A stretch of 64,000 bases of DNA from Chthoniobacterales bacterium (GTDB taxonomy: Bacteria > Verrucomicrobiota > Verrucomicrobiia > Chthoniobacterales > JACTMZ01), in contig VEQL01000012.1 in the NCBI GenBank assembly GCA_018883245.1, positions 3,079-67,078 on the forward strand. The letters are read 5' to 3'. Below are positions 9,351 through 18,065 of this stretch, piece after piece. Numbering within the stretch: position 1 is the first letter of the stretch; each line of letters begins with the position of its first letter. The notes under the pieces were generated by a model that worked only from the letters and a program-made list of their open reading frames with translations, made no database searches and was not told the DNA's origin. The position numbers and the translations under genes are program-made.

Positions 9351-10112
9351 ATGGATCACGTGGAAATCATCGAGGTGCGGCATCTCAAGGCCGGTTACGC
9401 CGGGAATGTCATCCTCGAGGACGTGAGTTTTTCGGTCCGCCGGGGAGAGGTTTTCATGATTCTGGGCGGCTCGGGATCGGGGAAAAGCACCCTGCTTAAA
9501 AACATGATCGGGCTTTATCCGGCCATGGCCGGCGAAGTCCTGATCGGCGGCGAAGACATCGTTGGCGCGACCGGTGCGGCGCGCGAACGCATCCTGCGCA
9601 AGTTCGGGGTGATGTATCAGGGCGGCGCGTTGTTCGGATCGATGACATTGGCGGAAAATGTGTCCCTTCCCCTCGAAGAGTGGACGAATCTTCCATCGTC
9701 CGCGCGGGGCATGGTGGCGCGTCTCAAGCTCCAGCAAGTCGGCTTGGGTGCCTTCGCCGGCTATCTGCCTTCGGAAATAAGCGGCGGCATGCAAAAGCGG
9801 GCCGCTGTGGCACGGGCCATGGCCTTGGACCCCGGCATACTTTTTCTCGATGAACCTTCGGCCGGCCTTGATCCGATCACATCGGCGGGCCTCGACGACC
9901 TCATCCGGGCGCTTTCGAGGGACTTCGGCATCACGTTTGTCATCGCGAGCCACGAGCTGGCCAGCATCTACGCCATCGGCGACCGTGTGATCATGCTGGA
10001 CCGCGGAGGAATCGTCGCCGAGGGTAAACCGGAGGAGTTGCGGGACCGCCCGCAAAACCCCTACGTGCGCGCCTTTTTCCGGCGCGAGCCGGAGAACGCA
10101 CGCGCAGCCTGA
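9351..10112 (+). CDS. mlaF: ABC transporter ATP-binding protein (MlaF-like)
   Basis: Walker A GGSGSGKST, ABC signature LSGGMQKR-type (EISGGMQKRAAVARA), Walker B ILFLDEP. ATG 9351 is in frame with track ORF 9210..10112 and lies 3 nt after the mlaE stop. Confidence 0.85.
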   Translation: MDHVEIIEVRHLKAGYAGNVILEDVSFSVRRGEVFMILGGSGSGKSTLLKNMIGLYPAMAGEVLIGGEDIVGATGAARERILRKFGVMYQGGALFGSMTLAENVSLPLEEWTNLPSSARGMVARLKLQQVGLGAFAGYLPSEISGGMQKRAAVARAMALDPGILFLDEPSAGLDPITSAGLDDLIRALSRDFGITFVIASHELASIYAIGDRVIMLDRGGIVAEGKPEELRDRPQNPYVRAFFRREPENARAA

Positions 10113-10121
10113 ACGCAAGCC

Positions 10122-11105
10122 ATGGCAAGCCAAGCACGCTATTTCAAGTTGGGGCTCTTCATCATCGCCGGCTTTTTCCTGCTGGCCGCGACGCTGGTGT
10201 TCCTCGGTGCCGGGAATCTCTGGAAGCCGCGCATGTATTTCGAGACCTACGTGGACGGGACCGTGCAGGGACTCGATCTCGGCTCGGCGGTGAAATTTCG
10301 CGGCGTGCCCATCGGTCGCGTGTCGCGCATCGACTTTTGCTTCAACCGCTACGGTCCGCCGCCCGAGGGGGGCGGGCGCAAGGACTACGTCTATCTCGAG
10401 ATGGAAATCAACGTGCCGGTCTTCGAAGGGATGTTCAACGAGGACCTCACGCCGCTGCTCGATCAAGCTGTGCGGCAGGGGTTGCGCGTCATGCTCCAGC
10501 CGCAGGGGATCACGGGTCTGAATTTTCTCGAGCTGAACTATGTCTCCAACCCGGCCCAGGCGCCGCCGCTCGGTATATGGTGGACGCCGCAGCATCATTA
10601 CATCCCGTCCGCGCCCGGAACGCTGACCAGCATGCTTGAGTCGGTGGACAAGCTCATGGACACCTTCAGTTCCATGGACCTTCGCAAGACGTTGGATCAG
10701 CTCGAGATTTCGCTGAAAAATTTCGACGGCACGCTGCAGAAATTCGGCGCCAATATCGAGAAGATGGAACTGGCCAAAGTGAGCGTGGAATTGCAGGGCC
10801 TGCTTGCCGACCTCAAAGCGAAAGTCAACCAGCTGCCTGTCGAGCAGTTGACGAAAGAGGGACAGCAGATGATGGGCAGCCTCACCAAACTGGCTGGCGA
10901 CATGGACAGGGTGGCCGCGGCGCTGCAGACAAGTCCGCTGCTCAATGCCGATGCGGTGGGAAGTATCATCAGCGATTTCCAGGCCACGGCGGAAAATTTC
11001 CGCGTCCTGAGCGAGAACATCCGCGAGTATCCGTCGCAACTCCTGCTCGGCGAGCCGCCCAAGCGCTCGCCTTTCGATCCGGCCGGCCGCAAACAGCGAA
11101 GATGA
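10122..11105 (+). CDS. mlaD: MlaD/MCE-domain substrate-binding protein
   Basis: 327 aa. N-terminal TM (YFKLGLFIIAGFFLLAATLVFLG), MCE core (GLDLGSAVKFRGVPIGRVSRI) and a long helical C-terminus. Confidence 0.8.
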   Translation: MASQARYFKLGLFIIAGFFLLAATLVFLGAGNLWKPRMYFETYVDGTVQGLDLGSAVKFRGVPIGRVSRIDFCFNRYGPPPEGGGRKDYVYLEMEINVPVFEGMFNEDLTPLLDQAVRQGLRVMLQPQGITGLNFLELNYVSNPAQAPPLGIWWTPQHHYIPSAPGTLTSMLESVDKLMDTFSSMDLRKTLDQLEISLKNFDGTLQKFGANIEKMELAKVSVELQGLLADLKAKVNQLPVEQLTKEGQQMMGSLTKLAGDMDRVAAALQTSPLLNADAVGSIISDFQATAENFRVLSENIREYPSQLLLGEPPKRSPFDPAGRKQRR

Positions 11106-11710
11106 GGGTGTTCCGCGCCAATTGTGTCCTTCCGGCCTTCCTGCTCGCCGGAACGCTGCTCTGCGGCTGCAGCCTGCGCCAGCCGGCGGTGCTGACCGAC
11201 AATTTCGCTTTCGACATTCCCGCGCCGGCGCCCGGCATGCGCGGCGGGCGGACGATTTCCGTGCTGCCTTTCTCGGCCGCTCCGCAGGCGGCGGGCCAGA
11301 TGTTTCTCTACCGGGCGGACGAATCCCGCTACGAGCGCGACTATTACAACCGCTTTCTGGCGCCGCCCGCGCAGATGCTGGGAGGTCAACTCCGCAAGTG
11401 GCTGATGCTTTCGCGGGCCGGTGAGGTGCTGCAGCCGGGCGGACCGCTTGCGGCGGACCTCGTCGTGCAGCCCCGGCTCGTGTCCCTCTACGCGGATTAC
11501 CGGGACACTTCGAAGCCGCGCGCCGTTGTCGCGGTGGTCATGGTGCTCGTGGATCGCGGGTCCGACGGCGACAGGCAACTCTTCGAAAACATTTACCGTC
11601 GCGAAATTCCCATGCGCGAGGTGTCCCCCGCGGCGGCGGCCGAGGGATGGAGCAAGGGCTTTGCGGAAATTTTCGCGCAGTTCACGCGCGATCTGCGGGC
11701 AGCCGGCTGA
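11102..11710 (+). CDS. PqiC/YmbA-like ABC-transport auxiliary lipoprotein
   Basis: 202 aa. Lipobox LLAGTLLCGCS. 4-nt overlap with mlaD. Size and position match the auxiliary lipoprotein of MCE systems. Confidence 0.55.
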   Translation: MRVFRANCVLPAFLLAGTLLCGCSLRQPAVLTDNFAFDIPAPAPGMRGGRTISVLPFSAAPQAAGQMFLYRADESRYERDYYNRFLAPPAQMLGGQLRKWLMLSRAGEVLQPGGPLAADLVVQPRLVSLYADYRDTSKPRAVVAVVMVLVDRGSDGDRQLFENIYRREIPMREVSPAAAAEGWSKGFAEIFAQFTRDLRAAG

Positions 11711-11738
11711 CGCAAGTGTCGGCCTGGCCGCATCGCCG

Positions 11739-13283
11739 TCACAGATCGATTTCCGTGCCGATGTAAACGATGTTCTGCGTGTAATCCTGCTGCTGCGCCG
11801 TGTTACCCGACATCAGCGTGGTGAAAGTGTAACCGGCGAGCACGGACCAGATGCGGTTGATCTGGTAGCTCGCATTGACACCGGTGTTGAAGATGTCGTT
11901 GCTGAAGCTGGGCGACTGGTTGTTTATCTCGCCCGGCTGGTTGTAGTAGTTGTTCTGGTAATTGAAGAACGCATTCGCCGCGATGCGGGCGGTGAACTGG
12001 TGGGCTAGGTTCAGTCCGAGAAGAACCTGCTGCCCCTGGTTGTAGTTGGTGAGCCCCGATGCCGAGGTTCCATAGCGCGCCTGCAGGCCGACGACGGTGT
12101 CCGGACCGGGGGCATAGTTGAGATTCAGCTGGCCGAACGGACCGATGTAGCCGTTCGAACCGCCGTAGGGGTTCTGATTGACGCGTTGCTCGGCGCCGGC
12201 GCGGAACGAAGCGGACGAGCGGGGATTGAGCGTATAATCCGCCCCAAGAAGCGCGTAGTTGCCCCAGCTGTTGAGGTCAGAGTCATAAAAATAGTTCCGC
12301 GTGTTGAAGCGGTATTCCGCAACGAGGGCGGTCGTGGGTTTCCAGAGGAAAAGGAATTGCTGGCTGATCGTCTGCTCGAAGCGGCTCAAGTCCGAGTTGT
12401 TGGGCGCATCGATGTAATAGAAAAGCAGGGGGTTGTAAGTCGTCTCGGTCGCGAACTTGGGCTTCCACAGATACTTGGCCCCGATCTGCGTGTCGCTGAT
12501 GATATACATGTTCTCGTATGAGTTCGGCGCGCCCGAGACGGTGAAATTCGGCTGCGAGAGGAGGGAGGTGACGGTCGAGAACGAGAGGTCGAGCCGCGGG
12601 GTGGCGGCGTAATTGGCGCCGAGCACGAAATTGATCGTGGGGAACAGGCCGTCGTTGGCGAGTTCCCCGTTGTTGTAATAGAAGGCCAGCGCGGCGGAGA
12701 GGCTGGTGTTGAGTTGCAGTCGCGAACTGCCGAAATCGTAGCCGATGCCGGCGGAAACCAGCGTATACATGCTCTGCACGCCGCCGTCCTGCCTGGTATT
12801 CACGTTGCTGTTGTAGCCTTCGTTGATCGCGAAGCTGTAGCGGAACGGACTGCGTTGGAAGATGCCCTCGCCGATGTCCGGACTGTTGCTGCCGGTGGTC
12901 GCGCTTGCACCGCCGGAGACGGCGCTCTGCGGAGGTTGCGGGGTTAGTAGATTGCCGTCGCGGTGTCGGCGCGGTGGAGGAGGCGCGTCAAGCGGCGCGG
13001 GAACGTTTTCCGTGGAGACTTGCGTGGACTCCGCTTGCTCGGTGACAAGTTGGTTGGATTGCGCGTCGCGGACGGGGTAGGTGAAACGGAAACCCGCGGA
13101 GCCGTTTTCGCCGCCTGCAACCGGTTGCTCGAAGGACTCAACGGCGGGCGGACCGGGCTCGTTTTGCGACGGTGCCTGTTCTTGCGCCTGCACAGTGATG
13201 CCGCCGGCGATAAAAAGAAGCGCGACAGCGCAGCGTCGTTTGAATCGGGCGGGCAACATGGGCAAAGGTAATGGGGCGAGCAT
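11739..13283 (-). CDS. outer-membrane beta-barrel protein (unknown family)
   Basis: 514 aa. Signal peptide AVALLFIAGGITVQAQE. The N-terminal ~150 aa are low-complexity, followed by Asn/Tyr/Gly-rich alternating strands typical of porin-like barrels. Confidence 0.5.
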   Translation of the reverse strand: MLAPLPLPMLPARFKRRCAVALLFIAGGITVQAQEQAPSQNEPGPPAVESFEQPVAGGENGSAGFRFTYPVRDAQSNQLVTEQAESTQVSTENVPAPLDAPPPPRRHRDGNLLTPQPPQSAVSGGASATTGSNSPDIGEGIFQRSPFRYSFAINEGYNSNVNTRQDGGVQSMYTLVSAGIGYDFGSSRLQLNTSLSAALAFYYNNGELANDGLFPTINFVLGANYAATPRLDLSFSTVTSLLSQPNFTVSGAPNSYENMYIISDTQIGAKYLWKPKFATETTYNPLLFYYIDAPNNSDLSRFEQTISQQFLFLWKPTTALVAEYRFNTRNYFYDSDLNSWGNYALLGADYTLNPRSSASFRAGAEQRVNQNPYGGSNGYIGPFGQLNLNYAPGPDTVVGLQARYGTSASGLTNYNQGQQVLLGLNLAHQFTARIAANAFFNYQNNYYNQPGEINNQSPSFSNDIFNTGVNASYQINRIWSVLAGYTFTTLMSGNTAQQQDYTQNIVYIGTEIDL

Positions 13284-13415
13284 GGATTATCGGAGGAGAT
13301 GGCCTTCCTTACCATCACAAACTTGCGCTGGATGCCCGTATGTGGTCGCGCGCGTCCGCGATGCTTTTTCCCATTGCAAGTTGTTGATCGGAAACGGGTA
13401 GCAAATGCCGCCGCT

Positions 13416-15005
13416 TCATGCTCTTCGCATCACGGTGTCGCGTGCAAAGGGGCTGCCCGTTTCCGGATAGTCGAGAGTGTAGTGCAGTCCGCGGCTCTCT
13501 TTGCGGCTCAGGGCGCAATCAACGATGAGGGCGGCGACAGTCACCAGATTGCGCAACTCCAGCAAGTCGGTCGTGACTTTGAAGTTCCAGTAAAACTCCT
13601 GGACCTCCTTCTGCAGGTTGCGCAGGCGCGTGGCGGCGCGTTGCAGGCGTTTATCGGTGCGGACGATGCCGACATAGTCCCACATGAGCCGGCGGATCTC
13701 GTCCCAGTTGTGGTAGATGACAACGAGTTCGTCCACGTCGGTGACGCTGCCGGGGCGCCACTCGGGCAGTTGTATGTCATCGGCCGGTTTGTGGTTTTTC
13801 GTCGCCTTGAGAACGGCGCGGTTGGCGAAAACCAGCGCCTCCAAGAGCGAGTTGCTCGCCAGACGGTTCGCTCCGTGCAGCCCGGTGCAGGCAACTTCGC
13901 CGACCGCGAAGAGTCCGCGCAACGTCGTTTCGCCGTGCTCGTTGGTCTTCACGCCGCCGCACTGGTAGTGCGCAGCCGGAACAACCGGTATCGGTTGCTT
14001 GGCGATGTCGATCCCGAGACCGGCGCAGGTTTCGTAGATTTTCGGAAAACGCGCCTGCAGGAACTCGCGCGGTTTGTGCGTGATGTCGAGAAAGACGCAC
14101 TTGGCGCCGGTCTTTTTCATCTCCGCGTCGATGGCGCGGGCCACGATGTCGCGCGGGGCGAGCGACTTCAAGGCGTGGTAGCGGTCCATGAACGGCTCAC
14201 CCTTTTCGTCCACCAGCACCCCGCCCTCGCCGCGCACGGCTTCGCTGATGAGGAACGATTTGGCCTCGGGGTGAAAAAGGCAGGTCGGGTGGAACTGCAC
14301 GAATTCCATGTTGCTCACGGCCGCACCCGCGCGCCATGCCATGGCCACGCCGTCGCCCGAGGCGATATCCGGATTCGTCGTGTATAAATACACTTTTCCG
14401 CAGCCGCCCGTGGCCAGGATGATCCGGTCGCTGCGCAGGGTGAGGACTTCCCCGGATTTCTCGTCGAGCACATAGACGCCGACCACGCGGTCCTCGATGG
14501 CGTAGCCGAGTTTTCCCGTGGTGATGAGATCGATCGCCATGTGGTCCTCCATCACGCGGATCGAAGGGTGCTTGTCCACCGCCGCAAGCAGGGTGTTTTC
14601 GATTTCCAACCCGGTGAAGTCCTGCGCGTGCAGGACGCGTCGCTTCGAATGGCCGCCTTCGCGCCCGAGATCCAGCTCGGTAATTCCGTCCGGCCGCTCG
14701 CGCAAATCGAAAGACATCCCGAGTTCGATGAGTTCCTTGATGCGATCGGGTCCTTCACGGACGACTGTCTCCACAATGTCCCGGTGGCAAAGACCGGCCC
14801 CTGCGTCCAAGGTGTCCTTGATGTGCAGCTCGAACGAGTCTTCGGGGCTGGTCACACAGGCTACACCGCCTTGAGCCCATGCGGTGTTGGTCGCGGCCTT
14901 GGAGCGCTTGGTCACGAGCGCGACAGTGCCCGATCCGGCTGCCTTGAGGGCATACGTCAGCCCGGCGATGCCGGAACCGATGACGATATGGTCAAATTTT
15001 TCCAT
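13416..15005 (-). CDS. nadB: L-aspartate oxidase
   Basis: FAD fold MEKFDHIVIGSGIAGLTYA plus RGEGGVL and GLHGANRLASNSLLE motifs. Start moved to the internal ATG 15005 of track ORF 13416..15131. Confidence 0.9.
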   Translation of the reverse strand: MEKFDHIVIGSGIAGLTYALKAAGSGTVALVTKRSKAATNTAWAQGGVACVTSPEDSFELHIKDTLDAGAGLCHRDIVETVVREGPDRIKELIELGMSFDLRERPDGITELDLGREGGHSKRRVLHAQDFTGLEIENTLLAAVDKHPSIRVMEDHMAIDLITTGKLGYAIEDRVVGVYVLDEKSGEVLTLRSDRIILATGGCGKVYLYTTNPDIASGDGVAMAWRAGAAVSNMEFVQFHPTCLFHPEAKSFLISEAVRGEGGVLVDEKGEPFMDRYHALKSLAPRDIVARAIDAEMKKTGAKCVFLDITHKPREFLQARFPKIYETCAGLGIDIAKQPIPVVPAAHYQCGGVKTNEHGETTLRGLFAVGEVACTGLHGANRLASNSLLEALVFANRAVLKATKNHKPADDIQLPEWRPGSVTDVDELVVIYHNWDEIRRLMWDYVGIVRTDKRLQRAATRLRNLQKEVQEFYWNFKVTTDLLELRNLVTVAALIVDCALSRKESRGLHYTLDYPETGSPFARDTVMRRA

Positions 15006-15837
15006 GCGACGGCGCCAGGCGCACGTTGTCGATGAGGCGTGTTTCTCCGATTTTGACCGCCGCCGCAAGCACAGCCGGACGGTCGAGCGTGCCGACGGGC
15101 TCGAGCGTCCCGGCATCGACGACTTCGACATATTGCGGCCTGCTGCCTGTCCCGTCCTCTATGAGACGCGCTGCGGTGGCGAGGATTTCCGACGGCCGCC
15201 GCTCCTTGGCCGCCTGCTGCAGTGCCGCCGGGAAACGACTCGCCCGTTCGCGTTGGTCGGGCGCGAGGTAACGGTTGCGCGAGCTGAGCGCGAGTCCGTC
15301 CGCTTCGCGCACGGTCGGGTGGGCGATGATTTCGATGCCGAAAAACAAATCGCGCACCATGCGGCGGATAATCGCGAGCTGCTGGTAGTCTTTTTCGCCG
15401 AAGATGGCTGCATCCGGGCGCAGGATGTTGAAAAGTTTCGCCACCACGGTGCAGACGCCGCGGAAGTGGCCCGGACGCGCGGAACCGCAGAGTCCGCGGG
15501 AAAGCGCGGTCTCGTCCACGAAGGTCGAATCGCCCGGCGGATACATCTCCTCCGCGGATGGCGCGAACACCGCATCGGCGCCGTGTCCTTGGCACAACCG
15601 TAGGTCTTCCCCGGGCGTGCGCGGATATTTCGAGAAATCCTCCGCGGGCCCGAACTGTGTCGGGTTGACGAAAATGCTCACCACCACCGTGCCCGAGGCG
15701 CCGGCGTGCCGGCGTGCGGCATCGACCAGCGCCGCGTGCCCTGCGTGCAGCGCACCCATGGTGGGCACAAGAACGACCGGTGGACGACAGGTGCGGCGGA
15801 ATTCCACCGTCTCCGCGATCGTGCCGAGGGTGCGCAT
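14992..15837 (-). CDS. panC: pantoate--beta-alanine ligase
   Basis: 281 aa. VPTMGALHAGH and FGEKDYQQ motifs. Its 3' end overlaps the nadB start by 14 nt. Confidence 0.9.
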   Translation of the reverse strand: MRTLGTIAETVEFRRTCRPPVVLVPTMGALHAGHAALVDAARRHAGASGTVVVSIFVNPTQFGPAEDFSKYPRTPGEDLRLCQGHGADAVFAPSAEEMYPPGDSTFVDETALSRGLCGSARPGHFRGVCTVVAKLFNILRPDAAIFGEKDYQQLAIIRRMVRDLFFGIEIIAHPTVREADGLALSSRNRYLAPDQRERASRFPAALQQAAKERRPSEILATAARLIEDGTGSRPQYVEVVDAGTLEPVGTLDRPAVLAAAVKIGETRLIDNVRLAPSHGKI

Positions 15838-15855
15838 GAAAAATGCGCCGTCCGG

Positions 15856-16284
15856 TCAGTTGCCGGAAGGCGCGGCGGAAGCTTCGGGGGTCGATTGCGT
15901 CGCGGCAGGCGAGGTGCCCGCTTCGGGCGCGGCGGTCGAAGCCGCCGGGACGGCGGTTGGTGACGGCGCGGCAGCGGCCGGAGTGGCGGAGGCCTGCGGC
16001 ACGGGCTGGCTGAGAAGCTCCTTCTGGATGATCGTCTCGCCGGTGCCGCGTTTGGCGTAAAGTATCGCCAGCAAGAGGGTGAGGACGAAAAACACCACGC
16101 CGAGCCACACGGTGAACTTCTGAAGGACGTGCGTTGTCTGCGCGCCGAAAATGTTTTCGGTCATGCCTCCACCGAAAGCCGCTCCGAGGCCCTCGTTTTT
16201 GGGCCGTTGCATCAGCACGATGCCGACCATGAGCATGCAGACAAGCACATGGAAGGCGATGAGGACGTTGATCAAAATCGACAT
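15856..16284 (-). CDS. secG: preprotein translocase subunit SecG with Pro/Ala-rich C-terminal extension
   Basis: MSILINVLIAFHVLVCMLMVGIVLMQRPKNEGLGAAFGGG is a SecG signature. The start is taken at internal ATG 16284. The last ~55 aa are Ala/Pro/Thr-rich. Confidence 0.75.
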   Translation of the reverse strand: MSILINVLIAFHVLVCMLMVGIVLMQRPKNEGLGAAFGGGMTENIFGAQTTHVLQKFTVWLGVVFFVLTLLLAILYAKRGTGETIIQKELLSQPVPQASATPAAAAPSPTAVPAASTAAPEAGTSPAATQSTPEASAAPSGN

Positions 16285-16404
16285 GAACCCCGCATACTGG
16301 CAGCCCGCACGCTGCTTGTAAAGTTCGTGCCGGCGCCCGGGGCGCACGTGCGCGGCTGACCTGCGCGGAACGCGCGCCGACTTGCCGCAATGGTTCCGAC
16401 GTTC

Positions 16405-16436
16405 GGTTTCCGCGTTGATATTTCTCCGCGGAAACC
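16405..16436. promoter_or_regulatory. perfect 10-bp inverted repeat just upstream of argA, in the divergent secG/argA intergenic region
   Basis: GGTTTCCGCG-ttgatatttctc-CGCGGAAACC read directly. It ends 16 nt before the argA GTG (GGAG at 16446-16449). The loop contains a TATAAT-like GATATT. Confidence 0.4.
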
Positions 16437-16451
16437 CCTAACTCTGGAGCT

Positions 16452-17732
16452 GTGAACGTCAGCGATCTCAGGGAAATTTTGCAATATGTTCCGCGCTTCC
16501 GCGAAAAGATCTTCGTGGTGTCCGTGGACGGGGAAGTTGCGGCTTCGCCGAACTTCGCCAATATCCTTCTCGATCTCGCGGTGCTCCGGTCGCTGAGCAT
16601 CCGCGTCGTGTTGGTGCATGGCGCCAGTCACCAGATCCAAGAGGCTTCGAAAAAAGCGGGCTTCGCACCGAGCAATACCGACGGCACGGGGATCACGGAC
16701 GAGGCGACTTTGGATGTCAGCATCGACGCCGCCATGCGGTTGACCCACGAGATTCTCGAAGGGCTGGCCTCGGTGGACCTTCGGGCTGCTTACGCCAACG
16801 CTGTCATCGCCCACCCGGCGGGAATTCTGGGCGGCATTGACCAAGGTTTCACCGGACGCATCGAACGGGTCGATGTGAAGTGCCTCCACATGCTGCTCAA
16901 CGAGGGGATCATCCCCGTGATGCCCCCGCTCGGGTTCGACGGCGAGGGCCACACTTACCGCGTCAATTCCGACCACGCCGCCTCCGAATTGGCCGAAGCA
17001 TTGCAGGCCGCCAAGATCATTTATTTGTCCGCGGACGCCAAGTCGCCCGCAGGCAGAGCCCTGCCGCGGCAGCTCAGCATTGCCGAGGCGGAGGAACTTT
17101 CCAAAAAACGCAAGGCCGGCGAGGCGGCGAACCTTTATTCGAAGATCGACTATGGCGCGAAGGCCTGCCGTCAGGGCGTGCCTCGCGTGCACATCCTCGA
17201 CGGCCATGCCAACGAGGCCTTGCTCGACGAGGTCTTCAGCAACGAGGGGATCGGCACCATGATCTACTCGAACGAATACCAGCAGATCCGGAAAATTTTC
17301 AAAAAGGACGTCCGGGCGATCATGGCGCTCATCCGGCAATCGATGGCCAACGAGGAACTCGTGCGGCGGACGCGGACGGAAATCCTCGAGCAGATGCAGG
17401 ATTACTGGGTGCTGGAGATCGACGGCAAGCTGATGGGGTGCGTCGCGTTGCATGTTTATCCCGAGGAGGGGTGCGGCGAGCTGGCTTGCCTCTACGTGCT
17501 GAAGGACCACGAAAACGAGGGGCACGGACGCAAGCTCATGGCTTTCACGGAAAATCTCGCGAGGGAAAAAAGCCTCAAGAGGCTCTTCGCGTTGAGCACG
17601 CAGGCTTACAAATACCTGCAGATCAAAGGCGGCTTCCAGGAGGCGTCGCCTGACGATCTTCCCGCCGCGCGGAAGAAAAAATATGACACCGCCGGCCGGC
17701 AATCGAAGGTGCTGGTCAAGGATCTCGGCTGA
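16452..17732 (+). CDS. argA: amino-acid N-acetyltransferase (N-acetylglutamate synthase)
   Basis: 426 aa. N-terminal amino-acid-kinase fold (FREKIFVVSVDGEV...VVLVHGAS) and C-terminal GNAT domain (LACLYVLKDHENEGHGRKLM). Confidence 0.8.
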   Translation: MNVSDLREILQYVPRFREKIFVVSVDGEVAASPNFANILLDLAVLRSLSIRVVLVHGASHQIQEASKKAGFAPSNTDGTGITDEATLDVSIDAAMRLTHEILEGLASVDLRAAYANAVIAHPAGILGGIDQGFTGRIERVDVKCLHMLLNEGIIPVMPPLGFDGEGHTYRVNSDHAASELAEALQAAKIIYLSADAKSPAGRALPRQLSIAEAEELSKKRKAGEAANLYSKIDYGAKACRQGVPRVHILDGHANEALLDEVFSNEGIGTMIYSNEYQQIRKIFKKDVRAIMALIRQSMANEELVRRTRTEILEQMQDYWVLEIDGKLMGCVALHVYPEEGCGELACLYVLKDHENEGHGRKLMAFTENLAREKSLKRLFALSTQAYKYLQIKGGFQEASPDDLPAARKKKYDTAGRQSKVLVKDLG

Positions 17733-18065
17733 TCGCGGCGTTGCATTTTATGACTTCGAACCGCGGCGTGCGCCGGCGCACGGACTGCAGCGGCGCTTCC
17801 GCCGGGGATGCGCGGTCAAGTGCATTTCCAAAAAATTTTCCGAAGCTCGCAAAATTCTTGAGCGCGATTTTCTGCGCCGATACGCTCGCGCTCGTGTCGC
17901 CGCAAGAGATCCAGACCCGTTGTGAACAACTTGTGAGCAAATTCGGGTCTGTTTTTCCCCCACGGCGCGCTTTTGGGTGCGGTCGCTTTTTTGCCGTCCT
18001 CCCCGCTCGCGCGGACTGCTTGCTGTTTGCTCGCGGCGCCGCCTCCAGAGTTTTGCCCACTGTAA
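17733..18065. other. argA-dnaA intergenic region; candidate dnaA promoter/oriC-associated region (weak evidence)
   Basis: 333 nt, locally AT-richer (tgcatttccaaaaaattttccgaagctcgcaaaattcttgag). Two degenerate DnaA-box-like repeats, TGTGAACAA (17921-17929) and TGTGAGCAA (17932-17940), are spaced 11 nt apart. No perfect TTATCCACA. Confidence 0.25.
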
